Shown: in pieces, positions 44,074 to 44,343 of the stretch | How positions within the stretch are numbered: position 1 is the first letter of the stretch | Layout of the letters: each line of letters opens with the position of its first letter | IMG/VR virus record: IMGVR_UViG_3300043473_000203 | Span: 1-44,343 of that record | Length of the DNA: 44,343 nt | Direction: 5' to 3' (one strand) | Source: a virus | Taxonomy: Duplodnaviria > Caudoviricetes | Program-made: the position numbers and the translations under genes | The notes under the pieces: model-generated | The model's database searches: none | Told to the model about the DNA's origin: nothing | What the model saw: the letters and a program-made list of their open reading frames with translations, nothing else

Positions 44074-44343
44074 ATGGCACTCGCTGCGATGTTCCCGACG
44101 CGCCAGTTCTTCGACAACGTGGGCAAGCCGCTCGACGGCGGCATGGTCTACACCTACCAAGCAGGCACCACGACGCCGCTGGTCAGCTGGGCTGACGCGA
44201 AGTATGTGGCGGCGCTGCCCAACCCGGTGATGCTCGACGGCGCGGGCCGCGCGCAGATTTTCCTGCTGCCGCGCGCCTACAAGCTCGCCGTGAAGGACAA
44301 GGGCAACGTCACGGTCGAGGTGATTGACAACTACCAAGGCCAG
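44074..44343 (+). CDS. tailspike/fibre with head-binding-type N-terminal domain (truncated by window end)
   Basis: AGGAG SD; MALAAMFPTRQFFDNVGKPLDGGMVYTYQAGTTTP...NPVMLDGAGRA, translated by hand. Confidence 0.8.
   Translation, partial: MALAAMFPTRQFFDNVGKPLDGGMVYTYQAGTTTPLVSWADAKYVAALPNPVMLDGAGRAQIFLLPRAYKLAVKDKGNVTVEVIDNYQGQ

Overview
This GC-rich window is a large part of a tailed bacteriophage genome with a P22-like (podovirus-type) virion module, and essentially all real genes are on the + strand. Bases 1-11.2 kb hold many small, translationally coupled accessory genes: a ribbon-helix-helix regulator, a calcineurin-like phosphoesterase, a KxDG nucleotidyltransferase/RNA-ligase-like protein and many Cys-rich minigenes, plus a cluster of DnaA-box-like 9-mers near 1.2 kb. 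From 11.4 kb come terS, a large terminase split into two genes 3.9 kb apart with 12 accessory ORFs between them, portal, scaffold, major capsid, gp4/gp10-like tail-machine proteins, several fibre proteins, a GNAT, the ejection proteins and the start of a tailspike-like gene. The strongest novelty candidates are (1) two twin-arginine (Tat) signal proteins that carry pieces of the phage's own major capsid fold and flank the second terminase half, (2) the split terminase, (3) a switch-like structured leader over the capsid RBS, (4) a ~100-nt structured RNA candidate before terS and (5) fission of the gp7-like ejection protein. All family calls come from motif recognition by eye; no database search was run. 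I saw no integrase, replication enzyme, clear lysis cassette, tRNA or CRISPR array.
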